A DNA stretch of 64,000 bases from an uncultured Gemmatimonadaceae bacterium. GTDB taxonomy: Bacteria > Gemmatimonadota > Gemmatimonadetes > Gemmatimonadales > Gemmatimonadaceae. Of the stretch, positions 1 through 9,348 are shown one piece after another. The position numbers were made by a program, and so were the translations under genes. Positions within the stretch are counted from its first letter, which is position 1. Every line of letters begins with the position of its first letter. The notes below the pieces were generated by a model. The model searched no databases. It had not been told where the DNA came from and was given only the letters and a program-made list of their open reading frames with translations. The stretch lies in assembly GCA_963829055.1 (NCBI GenBank), contig CAWHHI010000020.1:800001-864000 (forward strand), written 5' to 3'.

Positions 1-1801
1 CCACGACCGTGAGCACGAGCGTGCCGCCGCCCGTATCGACACGCACGACGCGCCCGACGGCCGCGCCGTCCGACCACCAGCGACGCGCCGCCCACTCGTT
101 GACCATCGCCACGGGGACGGTCTCGTTGCGATCGCGCTCCGTGAACGCGCGACCACTCACCACCGGCACGCCTACCGTCGTGAAGTACGCGGGACTCACG
201 GACAACGCCGCCGGCGGCACGAGCGCGGCCGGTAACGGCTCCGCACTCCCATCGAGCGTCAGCATCGCGCGCCCGTCACGCTTCGGCAGCGGCACGTTCG
301 CGCGAATCGCGGCCGACGCCACGCCGGGCAATTGACCCAACTCGAGCAGAATGCGTTCGGTGACGGGCAGATACTTCTCCGGAACGCGCCACGAATGCGG
401 AAAGCTCGGTGCACCTGTGACGAGGCGGCCCGACTGAAACCCCAGGTTCACCTGCGCGAAGTGCAGAACGGTCCGCGCCATCAGTCCCGCACCGCTGAGC
501 AGCACCGTCGCGCAGGCGACCTGGCCGACGACGAAGAATCGCTGGGCTCGTCGCGCACGGTCGCCGCTGCCACCCGATGACGCGACGCGCAGGAGATGAT
601 GCACGTCTCTCCCGACGATGAGTCGCGCCGGGATGATGCTCACGACCGCTGCCGCGACGACCGCGAGCAGTGTCGCGAAGCCGAGGACGCGCGCGTCGAT
701 GCGGTAATCCATGCCGTCCGGCCGGAGCGACGAGAGCGCCGGCAGCGCGCTGAGCACGCCCAGTGCGGACCACGCGAGCGCGACGCCCAGGATGGCCGCC
801 GCCGCGACAATGATCGCGTTCTGGGTGAGCAGCACGCGCGTCAGGCGTCCGGCCCCGGCGCCTAACGCCGCGCGGATGGCGAACTCGCGCTGCCGGTTGA
901 GCGTCCGCGCCAGCACCAGGTTCGCGAGATTGGCGCAGGCGATGAGCAGGAGACAGCCGACGATCGCCCCGAAGATGAGGTCGTGCGATTGCGTGGATGA
1001 TGCGTACCGTTCCCGCAGCGGGTCGGCGACGAGCTTCGTTTTCTGCCCACGTGACGGCCCTGGTACGACCGCCGGCTCCACCGTCGCGAGCTCTGCGCGC
1101 ACGTCCGCGATCGTGCGGCCCGGCGCGAGCCGCGCGAACACCGAGACCGTGCGGATCGATGGACGAGTGCTCGGGTCGAGCGTCGGCACGGCGGAGAGCC
1201 AGAACTGCGATCCGCTCTCGAACCGGAAACCCGGCGGCATGATACCGACGACCGTGTAATGCGAATCGCTGAGCTTGACGTCCGTGCCGATGACGCCCGG
1301 ATCGCTGCCGAACTGCGACGTCCAGAGCTCGTGACTCAGCACCGTCGTGAGTGGAACGCCCAGCCGATCATCCTCGACGCTGAGCCCGCGTCCGATCAGC
1401 GGACGGACGCCGAGGAGCGGGAAGACGTTAGGCGACACGACGCCGCCGGTGACGAGGACCGCCTCGCCGTTGCGCATGAGCGACTTCGCGCCGCTCGTGT
1501 AGGCAGCTACGGCGTCGATGGAGCGGAACCGGCGCGTCGCGAGCACCTGCGCGTACGTCTCGTACGAGACGTTGCACGCCCCCCGGCACGGCGGTGCGGC
1601 CTCCGCGCCAGGGCCGGTGGGCGTCTCACCGAGAACGACGAGGCGATCCGCGTCGCGGAACGGGAGTGCGCGGAGTCGAACGGCGTCGATGACGCTGAAC
1701 GCGGCGACGCTCGCGCCAATGGCGATGGCGAGCGAGCCGACCGCGGTCGTGAGAAAACCGGGGCTCCGGAGGAGCGATCTGAGCGCGATGCGGAATGACA
1801 C
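1..1801 (-). CDS. ABC transporter permease, ADOP/MacB-FtsX type (3' end runs off the window)
   Basis: Not in the ORF track; read by hand from GTG 1801: VSFRIALRSLLRSPGFLTTAVGSLAIAIGASVAAFSVIDAV...LLLIACANLANLVLAR...REFAIRAALGAG...FVVGQVACATVLLSGAGL; frame stays open to base 1. Confidence 0.9.
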   Translation of the reverse strand, partial: MSFRIALRSLLRSPGFLTTAVGSLAIAIGASVAAFSVIDAVRLRALPFRDADRLVVLGETPTGPGAEAAPPCRGACNVSYETYAQVLATRRFRSIDAVAAYTSGAKSLMRNGEAVLVTGGVVSPNVFPLLGVRPLIGRGLSVEDDRLGVPLTTVLSHELWTSQFGSDPGVIGTDVKLSDSHYTVVGIMPPGFRFESGSQFWLSAVPTLDPSTRPSIRTVSVFARLAPGRTIADVRAELATVEPAVVPGPSRGQKTKLVADPLRERYASSTQSHDLIFGAIVGCLLLIACANLANLVLARTLNRQREFAIRAALGAGAGRLTRVLLTQNAIIVAAAAILGVALAWSALGVLSALPALSSLRPDGMDYRIDARVLGFATLLAVVAAAVVSIIPARLIVGRDVHHLLRVASSGGSGDRARRAQRFFVVGQVACATVLLSGAGLMARTVLHFAQVNLGFQSGRLVTGAPSFPHSWRVPEKYLPVTERILLELGQLPGVASAAIRANVPLPKRDGRAMLTLDGSAEPLPAALVPPAALSVSPAYFTTVGVPVVSGRAFTERDRNETVPVAMVNEWAARRWWSDGAAVGRVVRVDTGGGTLVLTVV

Positions 1802-1868
1802 GGGTTCTTCCTTCTACGTTCCCTGATGCCAGATTTTGCGACCGACCACCACTCTATGAGGGCACGAC

Positions 1869-2510
1869 ATGGCTTCGTCCGGAAGGGGCAAGCGGACCGC
1901 CGGGAAGACGGCGACCGGTACGACGAAACAAGCGGCGGCGAAGAAGACACCGGCGAAGCCGGCAGCCACCAAGCGGCCGGCGGTGAAGAAGGCCGCGAAG
2001 ACCGAAGGCGGCGCCTGGGCAGCCGTGTTCGCACCCCGTGCGCCCGGCGAGCGCAGGTACTGGCTCGTCAAGTCGGAGCCGAGCGTGTTCTCGTTCGACG
2101 ACCTGCTGGCGGCGAAGAACCGCACCACGCAGTGGGATGGCGTGCGAAACTTCGCCGCCCGCAACTTCATGCGCGACGGCATGAAGCTCGGCGACCAGGT
2201 CTTCTACTACCACTCGAGCGTGGACCCGCAGGTGATCGTCGGCGTGTGCGAGGTCGCGCGCGAGGCGTACCCCGACACCACCGCGTTCGACTCGAAGCAT
2301 CACGGCTACGACGAAGGCTCGGACCCTAACGAGCCGACGTGGGTCATGGTGGATCTGCGCGCCGTGGAGCCACTCGCGCGACCGGTGACGCTGTCCGAGA
2401 TCAAGGCGAAGCCCGAGCTCGCGGGGATGGCGCTCCTTCGCATCGGCCGGCTGTCGGTCACGCCCGTGACCGCGGACGAATGGAAGGTCATTCGCGCGAT
2501 GGGCGGGTAG
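1869..2510 (+). CDS. EVE domain protein with Lys/Ala/Thr-rich N-terminal extension
   Basis: YWLVKSEPSVFSFDDL...WDGVRNFAARNFMRDGMKLGDQVFYYHS...RLSVTPVT is the EVE (DUF55) signature. Confidence 0.92.
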   Translation: MASSGRGKRTAGKTATGTTKQAAAKKTPAKPAATKRPAVKKAAKTEGGAWAAVFAPRAPGERRYWLVKSEPSVFSFDDLLAAKNRTTQWDGVRNFAARNFMRDGMKLGDQVFYYHSSVDPQVIVGVCEVAREAYPDTTAFDSKHHGYDEGSDPNEPTWVMVDLRAVEPLARPVTLSEIKAKPELAGMALLRIGRLSVTPVTADEWKVIRAMGG

Positions 2511-2540
2511 CGGCGGCACCTTGTGACCTGCGCGCGGTAG

Positions 2541-3098
2541 TCAGCTCGCCACGGCTCGCTCCCAAAACTCGACAAGCTGCCGTTGCTCGAGCAGCCCGCG
2601 AAGGGCCTCATCATTGATCGTCGCGCGGCTGACGCGAACGATTCCAGCGATGTCACGAAGATGGCGATCGGAACCCGATTCCCGGTAATACTCGAGCTTC
2701 CGGACAATCACGTACTCCACTGGGGCAAACCAGACCGTGCTCCCAGCGATGTTTTCTGAGCGGCGTCGGTCGAATGCCCATGCGTGCAGCACGTCGGATG
2801 CGACGTAGAAATCGGCGCGCAGCGCCGTGTCGCGGTGAATGATGTTGAAATGGCCGAACTGAGGTCGCTGCCTTTCCTCGTCGATCACCTCGCGGGGCGG
2901 CACATAGTAGGACTCCTCCGGAAAGGCTCGTTCGAGGAGTACCGCGGCCTTCAGATCGAGGCGCACGACGAGATCAACATCATTCGTCATCCGGGGCTCG
3001 CCATACGCAATGGCTGCCACGGACCCCGTGATCATGTACTCGATGCCCGTCGAGTGTAGCGGCTGCAGGAGCAGCCGATATAGATCAGGTGCCGCCAT
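2541..3098 (-). CDS. Nucleotidyltransferase, MenT/DUF1814(AbiEii)-like putative toxin
   Basis: YMITGSVAAIAYGEPRMTNDVDLVV (GS...DxD motif) and C-terminal IVRKL...RHLRDI motif. Confidence 0.8.
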   Translation of the reverse strand: MAAPDLYRLLLQPLHSTGIEYMITGSVAAIAYGEPRMTNDVDLVVRLDLKAAVLLERAFPEESYYVPPREVIDEERQRPQFGHFNIIHRDTALRADFYVASDVLHAWAFDRRRSENIAGSTVWFAPVEYVIVRKLEYYRESGSDRHLRDIAGIVRVSRATINDEALRGLLEQRQLVEFWERAVAS

Positions 3099-3282
3099 GC
3101 GTGAACGCCGCTCTCACCCGTTCAAGGACCTCGTCGTGAGACAACGTCGGGAACTGGCGGCTGATGGTGGCGCGCTTGACGTCCCAGGCGAACGCGCGGA
3201 GCGATTCCGCGACGCGGATTTTCTGCTCGACGCTCATGGCGCGAATCGCCTCGGTCTGCACTACCAACGCGTCTGGACGCAT
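3085..3282 (-). CDS. Small helical protein, putative antitoxin partner of the downstream nucleotidyltransferase
   Basis: 65 aa, overlaps the NTase start by 14 nt; MSVEQKIRVAESL...RQFPTLSHDEV pattern. Confidence 0.7.
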   Translation of the reverse strand: MRPDALVVQTEAIRAMSVEQKIRVAESLRAFAWDVKRATISRQFPTLSHDEVLERVRAAFTHGGT

Positions 3283-3429
3283 GCTGAAAGGTGCCGCAGC
3301 GCGTTCGCGCAGACAAGCGCGTCATCCACACGCACGCAGCGGTCCCTTCGGCCACAAGGCTCGATCAGGGTGGTATGATCGCATCCTGGCCCGCGTGATT
3401 CACCGCCCTCTCCCGAGCCGCGCTCACGA

Positions 3430-6400
3430 ATGAAGCTGTCTGCCGCCCACCGTACGATATCCCGCGTCGTCGCCACGATTGCCGCGAGCGCGACGATCGC
3501 AACCGCACACGCTACTGCGCATGCGCAACGTCCGCGCGACCGGCGCGCGGATAGCGTCGCGACAACGGCCACACCGCACCTCACGTGGCCCGACAGCACG
3601 AGCTGGCGCCACTTGGGCCCCGCCGCGTTCGGCGGACGCATCGACGACATCGAAGCGGTCGCGGACGACCCGCGCATCATCTTCGTGGCCGCGGCGTCCG
3701 GCGGCGTGTTCCGCAGCGTGAACAACGGCGTGACGTGGGAGCCCGTGCTGGACCGCTACGCGAACACGCTCTCCGTCGGCGACATCGCGATTGCGCCGAG
3801 CGACCGGAATGTCGTGTGGGCCGGGATGGGTGAACCGAACAGCCGGCAGAGCTCCACCTGGGGCGACGGGGTGTATCGCTCGCTCGACGGCGGCACGACG
3901 TGGCAGCACATGGGGCTGCGCGAGACGCAGACCATCGGGCGCATCGTGATCGACCCGCGCGACCCGAACACGGTGTTCGTCGCCGCACTCGGGCACCTCT
4001 GGGGACCTAACGAGCAGCGCGGCCTGTACCGCACGAAGGACGGCGGCAAGACGTGGCAGAAGGTACTCGGCGTCGACGACCACACGGGCGCCGTGGACGT
4101 CGCCATCGATCGCGACGGCCGAACGCTGTTTGCGGCGACCTATCAACGCCGTCGCCGCGCATTCGGCTTCGCGGGCAGCGGTCCGGGCAGTGGGCTCTGG
4201 CGCTCGCTCGACGGCGGTGACACGTGGGAACGCCTCGGCAGCGCGAACGGCATTCCGACAGGGGACCTCGGCCGCATAGGCATCGCGCTCGCACCGAGTG
4301 AGCCCGACGTCGCGTACGCAGTGATCGAGAGCAGGAACGGCGGCGTCTTTCGCTCGAGCGATCGCGGACGAAGCTGGACGCGTCAGAGCAACACGAACCA
4401 GCGCGCCAGCTACTACAGTCAGATCCGTGTCGACCCTAACGATGCCAATCGTGTCTGGCTGCTCGCGACGAACATCTTCTCGTCCGTCGACGGTGGGAAG
4501 ACGTTCGTCGTGGACTCCGCGTCCGAGCGACACGTGCATCCCGATCACCACGCCCTGTGGATCGACCCGCGCGACTCCCGGCACATGTTGTTAGGCAACG
4601 ATGGGGGATTCTACGCGACGTACGACCGCGCCCTGCACTGGCAGTTCATCGACAACCTGCCGATCTCGCAGTTCTACGACATCGCCGTCGACAAGCGTGA
4701 TCCGTACTGGATCTACGGCGGCGCACAGGACAACGGACAGTGGGGGTTCCCGAGCCGGACGTTCTCGCGTGGCGGGATGACGAATGCCGACGTGATGAAC
4801 ACGGGCTATGCGGACGGATTCCAGGTGGCGGTCGATCAACGCGATCCTCAGCTCGTCTACACGGAGTCGCAGAACGGACGGCTCTATCTCGTGGACACGC
4901 GCACGCGGGAAGAACGCTGGCTCACGCCCTACCCTGCCGACGCGAAGGAGCGCTATCGCTTCAACTGGAACACGCCGCTGCTCGCGGTACCTAACGATTC
5001 GAGTCTCGTCTACTACGGCGCCCATCGCCTGCTGCAGACGCGAGACCGCGGCAACACGTGGCAGGCGGCGAGCCCCGACCTCACTACGAATCCCACCGAC
5101 TGGCGCCGGACGCCGCTCGGCCCCGGATTCCCGAACCGCGAGTCGCAATCGCGCGACGACGGCATCACCAACTTCGGGACGATCACGACTATCGGCACGA
5201 CGCCCAAAGCGCCGGGCACGGTGTACATCGGCACGGACGACGGTCAGGTGCAGATGTCGACCGACGCCGGAGCGCGCTGGACGAATATCACGAGCCGGTT
5301 CCGCCTGCCGGCTCCGCGGTGGGTCGGGAAAGTTCTCCCGTCGAGGGTGGACGGGCGCGTGGCGTACGTGACGTTCGACGGGCACAACGACGACGATCTC
5401 GCGCCGTACGTCTTCCGCTCGGGCGACGGCGGCGCGACGTGGACGTCGATCGCGGGCGACCTGCCTAACGGCCTAGTCGTTCGAACGATCGAGGAGCATC
5501 CGCGCAACCCGAAGCTGCTCTTCGTTGGCACTGAATTCGGGCTGTACTGGACGTTCGATGGCGGCCGCCACTGGACGCGCGCGTCGGGCAACATGCCGCC
5601 CGTGCGCGTCGACCGCATCATCCTGAACGACGACACGAACGACCTCATCGTCGCGACGCACGGGCGCGGCATTATCGTGCTCGATGACGTGAGCGCGCTC
5701 GAGGCTGGCGGCTCGCCCATAGCGCGCGGGGATGTCCGGCTGCTGCCGCCACGTTCCGCCACGGCGGTTTACGAGTGGCGCGACCTGCCGTGGGCCGCCA
5801 ACAACGCGTTCGTCGCGCCGAATCCGCCGGTAGGCACGTACATCACGTATGTCGTCGGCGAACCCCTAACGCCAACGACCACAGCGTCCGACGCCGACAC
5901 AGCACGACGCGGCGCGCCGGCTGTCGCGAAGATCCAGATCGTCGGACCGGACGGCCGAGTGGTGCGGGAGCTGGCTGGTCCAGGGACGGAGGGAGCACAT
6001 CGCGTGCTCTGGGACCTGCGGTCGGCAATGCCGTTCCTGCCAGCCGTGTCGGACTCTGGCTACTACGGCACGTACCGGGGACCGTTCGTGCTCCCCGGTC
6101 GCTACACGGCCAAGCTCACGCTCGGCGGAAAGGACCAATCGCAGCAGTTCGACGTCCGTCCCGACACCCGTGCGAATGCAACGACGACGGCGCTCGCCGC
6201 CCGCCACGCAATGTCCGCGCGCATCGCAGAGCTGAGCGGAACGTACGCGGCTGCGGCGAAGGCGTTCGCCGCGGTGGAGGGCGAGATGGGCCGGCTCAGC
6301 GCTGCCGTCAAGGCGACGCCTAACGCGGCTGGCAGCACGGATAGCGTCGTGGCGGACGCGGTCAGGAAGGTGGCCGAGCTCAAGCCGCGGTTCTCGCCGA

Positions 6401-6621
6401 CCTACGGGACGCCAATCGGGCGCGCGTTCGACCTGCTCGGCGCGCTGCAGTCGTCATCGGGCGCACCGACGGAAGCGGAGGGTCGAATTCTCGATTCGGC
6501 GACGGGCGAGTTGCGAGAGGCGATCACGAAGCTGAACGACATGATTTCAACGACGCTGCCTGCTGTCAGAGCTCGGGTCGGTGCGGCCGGTGCCGCGGTG
6601 GCTCCGGTGAAGCTGCCGTAG
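3430..6621 (+). CDS. Secreted VPS10/sortilin-like BNR (Asp-box) beta-propeller protein
   Basis: 1063 aa, signal-like N-terminus, WRHLGPAAFGGRI, many SxDGGxTW Asp-boxes, YRFNWNTP, ATHGRG. Confidence 0.9.
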   Translation: MKLSAAHRTISRVVATIAASATIATAHATAHAQRPRDRRADSVATTATPHLTWPDSTSWRHLGPAAFGGRIDDIEAVADDPRIIFVAAASGGVFRSVNNGVTWEPVLDRYANTLSVGDIAIAPSDRNVVWAGMGEPNSRQSSTWGDGVYRSLDGGTTWQHMGLRETQTIGRIVIDPRDPNTVFVAALGHLWGPNEQRGLYRTKDGGKTWQKVLGVDDHTGAVDVAIDRDGRTLFAATYQRRRRAFGFAGSGPGSGLWRSLDGGDTWERLGSANGIPTGDLGRIGIALAPSEPDVAYAVIESRNGGVFRSSDRGRSWTRQSNTNQRASYYSQIRVDPNDANRVWLLATNIFSSVDGGKTFVVDSASERHVHPDHHALWIDPRDSRHMLLGNDGGFYATYDRALHWQFIDNLPISQFYDIAVDKRDPYWIYGGAQDNGQWGFPSRTFSRGGMTNADVMNTGYADGFQVAVDQRDPQLVYTESQNGRLYLVDTRTREERWLTPYPADAKERYRFNWNTPLLAVPNDSSLVYYGAHRLLQTRDRGNTWQAASPDLTTNPTDWRRTPLGPGFPNRESQSRDDGITNFGTITTIGTTPKAPGTVYIGTDDGQVQMSTDAGARWTNITSRFRLPAPRWVGKVLPSRVDGRVAYVTFDGHNDDDLAPYVFRSGDGGATWTSIAGDLPNGLVVRTIEEHPRNPKLLFVGTEFGLYWTFDGGRHWTRASGNMPPVRVDRIILNDDTNDLIVATHGRGIIVLDDVSALEAGGSPIARGDVRLLPPRSATAVYEWRDLPWAANNAFVAPNPPVGTYITYVVGEPLTPTTTASDADTARRGAPAVAKIQIVGPDGRVVRELAGPGTEGAHRVLWDLRSAMPFLPAVSDSGYYGTYRGPFVLPGRYTAKLTLGGKDQSQQFDVRPDTRANATTTALAARHAMSARIAELSGTYAAAAKAFAAVEGEMGRLSAAVKATPNAAGSTDSVVADAVRKVAELKPRFSPTYGTPIGRAFDLLGALQSSSGAPTEAEGRILDSATGELREAITKLNDMISTTLPAVRARVGAAGAAVAPVKLP

Positions 6622-6650
6622 GACCCGATCCGTGCTGCACGTCGCAGCGT

Positions 6651-7043
6651 AACTGCGGAACAGCGAGACAGGATTGCCAGGATTTGCAGGATTGACGGGA
6701 TAACTACTCTGCAGTCACGCTTGCTGTCGCCGCGAGCGGTGACGAGAGGAACGGCCGCTCGGGACGCTACTCCCGCTGAGGCCTGCTTCAGAAGACGTTA
6801 AGCCGATAACGAACGGCAACGGCAGGACAGGATGGCCAGGATGGACAGGATTGAACAGAGGCTCCGTGTCGCATTCAGGGCCCCTCCCGCAACGAGCCCG
6901 GAATGAGGGGAACCGCCGCTCGGGACGCCACTCTCCCTGAGATGTGTTCCTTCATTCGTTAGGCCCTGGCGCGACACGCTCCCGACGCCGAGGCGGTCAT
7001 CTTCTCAATCCTGCCAATCCTGGCAATCCTGTCCTGCAGTTGC
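6651..7043. mobile_element. MITE-like element family A (CAGGAT-triplet terminal inverted repeats); full copy ~6816-7043 preceded by an extra left arm
   Basis: Left arm gcaacggcaggacaggatggccaggatggacaggattga and right arm tcaatcctgccaatcctggcaatcctgtcctgcagttgc are imperfect inverted repeats; near-identical copy at 38766-38993. Confidence 0.75.
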
Positions 7044-7072
7044 TATTGTGCGCCGGTGAAGATGCCGTGGCT

Positions 7073-7230
7073 TGTCATTCCGAGCGGGGCTGTCATTCCG
7101 AGCGAACGAAGTGAGTCGAGGAATCGCGATTATCCAGGTAGAGGGCCCTCTACGCCGCAGGCCAAGGATTCCTCATGCGCCCACCTGCGGTGGGCACCCG
7201 CGCCGCTGCGCGGCTCCGCTCGGAATGACA
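7073..7230. repeat. REP-like palindrome, family B (TGTCATTCCGAGCG...CGCTCGGAATGACA)
   Basis: Terminal inverted repeat with inner gaggaatc/gattcctc stem and gtagagggccctctac hairpin. Confidence 0.85.
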
Positions 7231-7236
7231 GCTGAC

Positions 7237-8506
7237 TCACCTCCCCATCAAGGCAGCCAGCCGACGCTCGAGGAATCTCCGCTCCGGCTCCTGTCGCGTG
7301 AGGCCTAACGCGCGCTCGTAGGCAGCCATCGCGTCCTCCGTGCGCCCCAGGCGGCGACACAGGTCCGCGCGCGCCGAGTGGGCGAGGTAGTACTCCGTGA
7401 GCTCGCCGCGCGCGAGGATCGCGTCGATGAGCGCGAGGCCCGCCGCCGGTCCGTCGCGCATCGCGACCGCGACGGCGCGGTTCAACTCCACGACGGGGCC
7501 GGGATCCGTCCGGAGCAGGACGTCGTACAGTCCCACGATCTGCCGCCAGTCCGTCGCGCCGGCGTTAGGCGCATCGGCGTGCACGGCCGCGATCGCCGCC
7601 TGCAGCGTGTACGGGCCGAAACCCGGCGACGCGGCCGCCTGCTCCACGAGCCGACGACCCTCGTCGATCTGCACCCGATTCCACAGCGAGCGATCCTGCT
7701 CCTCGAGCAACAGCAGGTCGCCAGCGCTCGATGCCCGTGCCGCCCTGCGCGCGTCGTGCAGCAGCATGAGCCCGAGCAGTCCCACGGCCTCCGGCTCCGG
7801 CAGTAACTCCACCAGCAATCGCCCCAGCCGAATCGCTTCCGCGCACAGATCGTGACGCGTGAGCGACGTGCCTGACGAGGCCGAGTAGCCCTCGTTGAAC
7901 ACGAGGTAGATGACGTGCAGCACCGTGTCGAGGCGCTCGGGAAGCTCGGCACGCGCGGGGACCTGATATGGAATGCGCGCGTCGCGGATCTTCGCCTTCG
8001 CGCGCACGATGCGTTGCGCGAGCGTCGGCGCCGGGGTGAGGAACGCACGCGCGATCTCCTCCGTCGTCAGTCCGCACACCTCGCGCAGCGTCAGCGCGAT
8101 CTGCGCGTCGGCCGCGAGCGCGGGGTGACAGCAGGTGAAGATGAGGCGAAGTCGATCGTCGTCCACCTGTTCGTCGTCCACGTCAGGCGCGGGCGTGACG
8201 GCGCTCGCCAGGCGATCGGCGACCTCCGCGAGCGCGGCGTCGAACTTCGCGCGCCGACGCAACCGGTCGATCGATTTGAACCGGCCCGTGGACACGAGCC
8301 ACGCGCGCGGACTCGTCGGCACGCCTTCCAGTGGGCCACCGCTCTACGGCCGCCGCGAACGCGTCGTGCAGCGCCTCCTCCGCGAGATCGAAGTCCCCAA
8401 GCAGGCGGATGAGCGTCGCCAACACGCGACGCGACTCGGCCCGATAGACGGCGTCGATGACCGCACGCGTGTCCGCCGGCGGTCCCGGAGCAGCGGGAGT
8501 CGTCAC
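7237..8506 (-). CDS. ECF RNA polymerase sigma factor with C-terminal TPR-like extension (YciI-associated type), one frameshift near 8330
   Basis: YRAESRRVLATLIRLLGDFDLAEEALHDAF (ORF 8183-8506) continues into PRAWLVSTGR...DDRLRLIFTCCHPAL...YLVFNEGY (ORF 7237-8322). Confidence 0.9.
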
Positions 8507-8733
8507 GCGATAGCCGATCCGCCTAACGTGTCACGATGTGGTGATCCGTGCCCATTCGCGTCCATTCCACTCCCATGTATCACCGAGAAGACCACTGTCG
8601 TCGTTGCCATGCGCCAGCGGACGACGTCCACGACAGCGCAGGCTCGTCCTTGTTCCACCCGGTGTATAGGAGAAACCCGTCAGGCGCCGCCGCGGCTGGC
8701 GAGATGGGGCTGAGACACGGGCCCGGGGACGGC

Positions 8734-8892
8734 TGTCATTCCGAGCGAGCGGAGCGAGTCAAGGAATCGAGACTTTCACGGTAGAGAGCCCTCTACCTAT
8801 CCGATCACGATTCCTCGACTCGGCGTTCGGCCTCCGCTCGGAATGACAACGCTCCTCGACTGCGCGCCTCCGGCGCTCCGCTCGGAATGACA
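8734..8892. repeat. REP-like palindrome family B plus an extra right arm
   Basis: tgtcattccgagcg 8734 ... cgctcggaatgaca 8848 and again at 8892; 8853-8898 is identical to 56033-56078. Confidence 0.85.
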
Positions 8893-8896
8893 ACCG

Positions 8897-9253
8897 CTAC
8901 TGCCCCGCGAACACCATGACCGGGCGGACTTCGATAGAGCCCGTCTTCGCGCCTGGAATCCGCGCGGCCAGCTGGATGGCGTCGTTCAGGTCCTTCGCCT
9001 CCACCAGGTAGTACCCACCGAGCTGCTCCTTCGTCTCGGCGAATGGCCCATCTGTCGTGGAGACCTTGCCGTTGCGAACGCGGACCGTGGTAGCCGTGTG
9101 AGTCGGCTGGAGTGCTTCGCCCCCGACCATGTGGCCGCTCTTCTTGATGTCTTCGGTGAACGTGCCGTATTCGGCCGTCATGGCGTCACCCTGATTCTTC
9201 GTGTACTGCGACCAGTTCTGTTCGTTGTCGTAGATGAGGCAGAGGTACTTCAT
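8897..9253 (-). CDS. YciI/DGPF family protein
   Basis: MKYLCLIY...TDGPFAETKEQLGGYYLVEA...IEVRPV. Confidence 0.93.
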   Translation of the reverse strand: MKYLCLIYDNEQNWSQYTKNQGDAMTAEYGTFTEDIKKSGHMVGGEALQPTHTATTVRVRNGKVSTTDGPFAETKEQLGGYYLVEAKDLNDAIQLAARIPGAKTGSIEVRPVMVFAGQ

Positions 9254-9348
9254 GGCGTCCCTCCAGAGGGTTGGATATCGTTGGCGTCGTGCGACGTATG
9301 ATCGGTAAGTAGTCGATCAGCGAACGTCGGAATCGACAGGGAGGCTCC

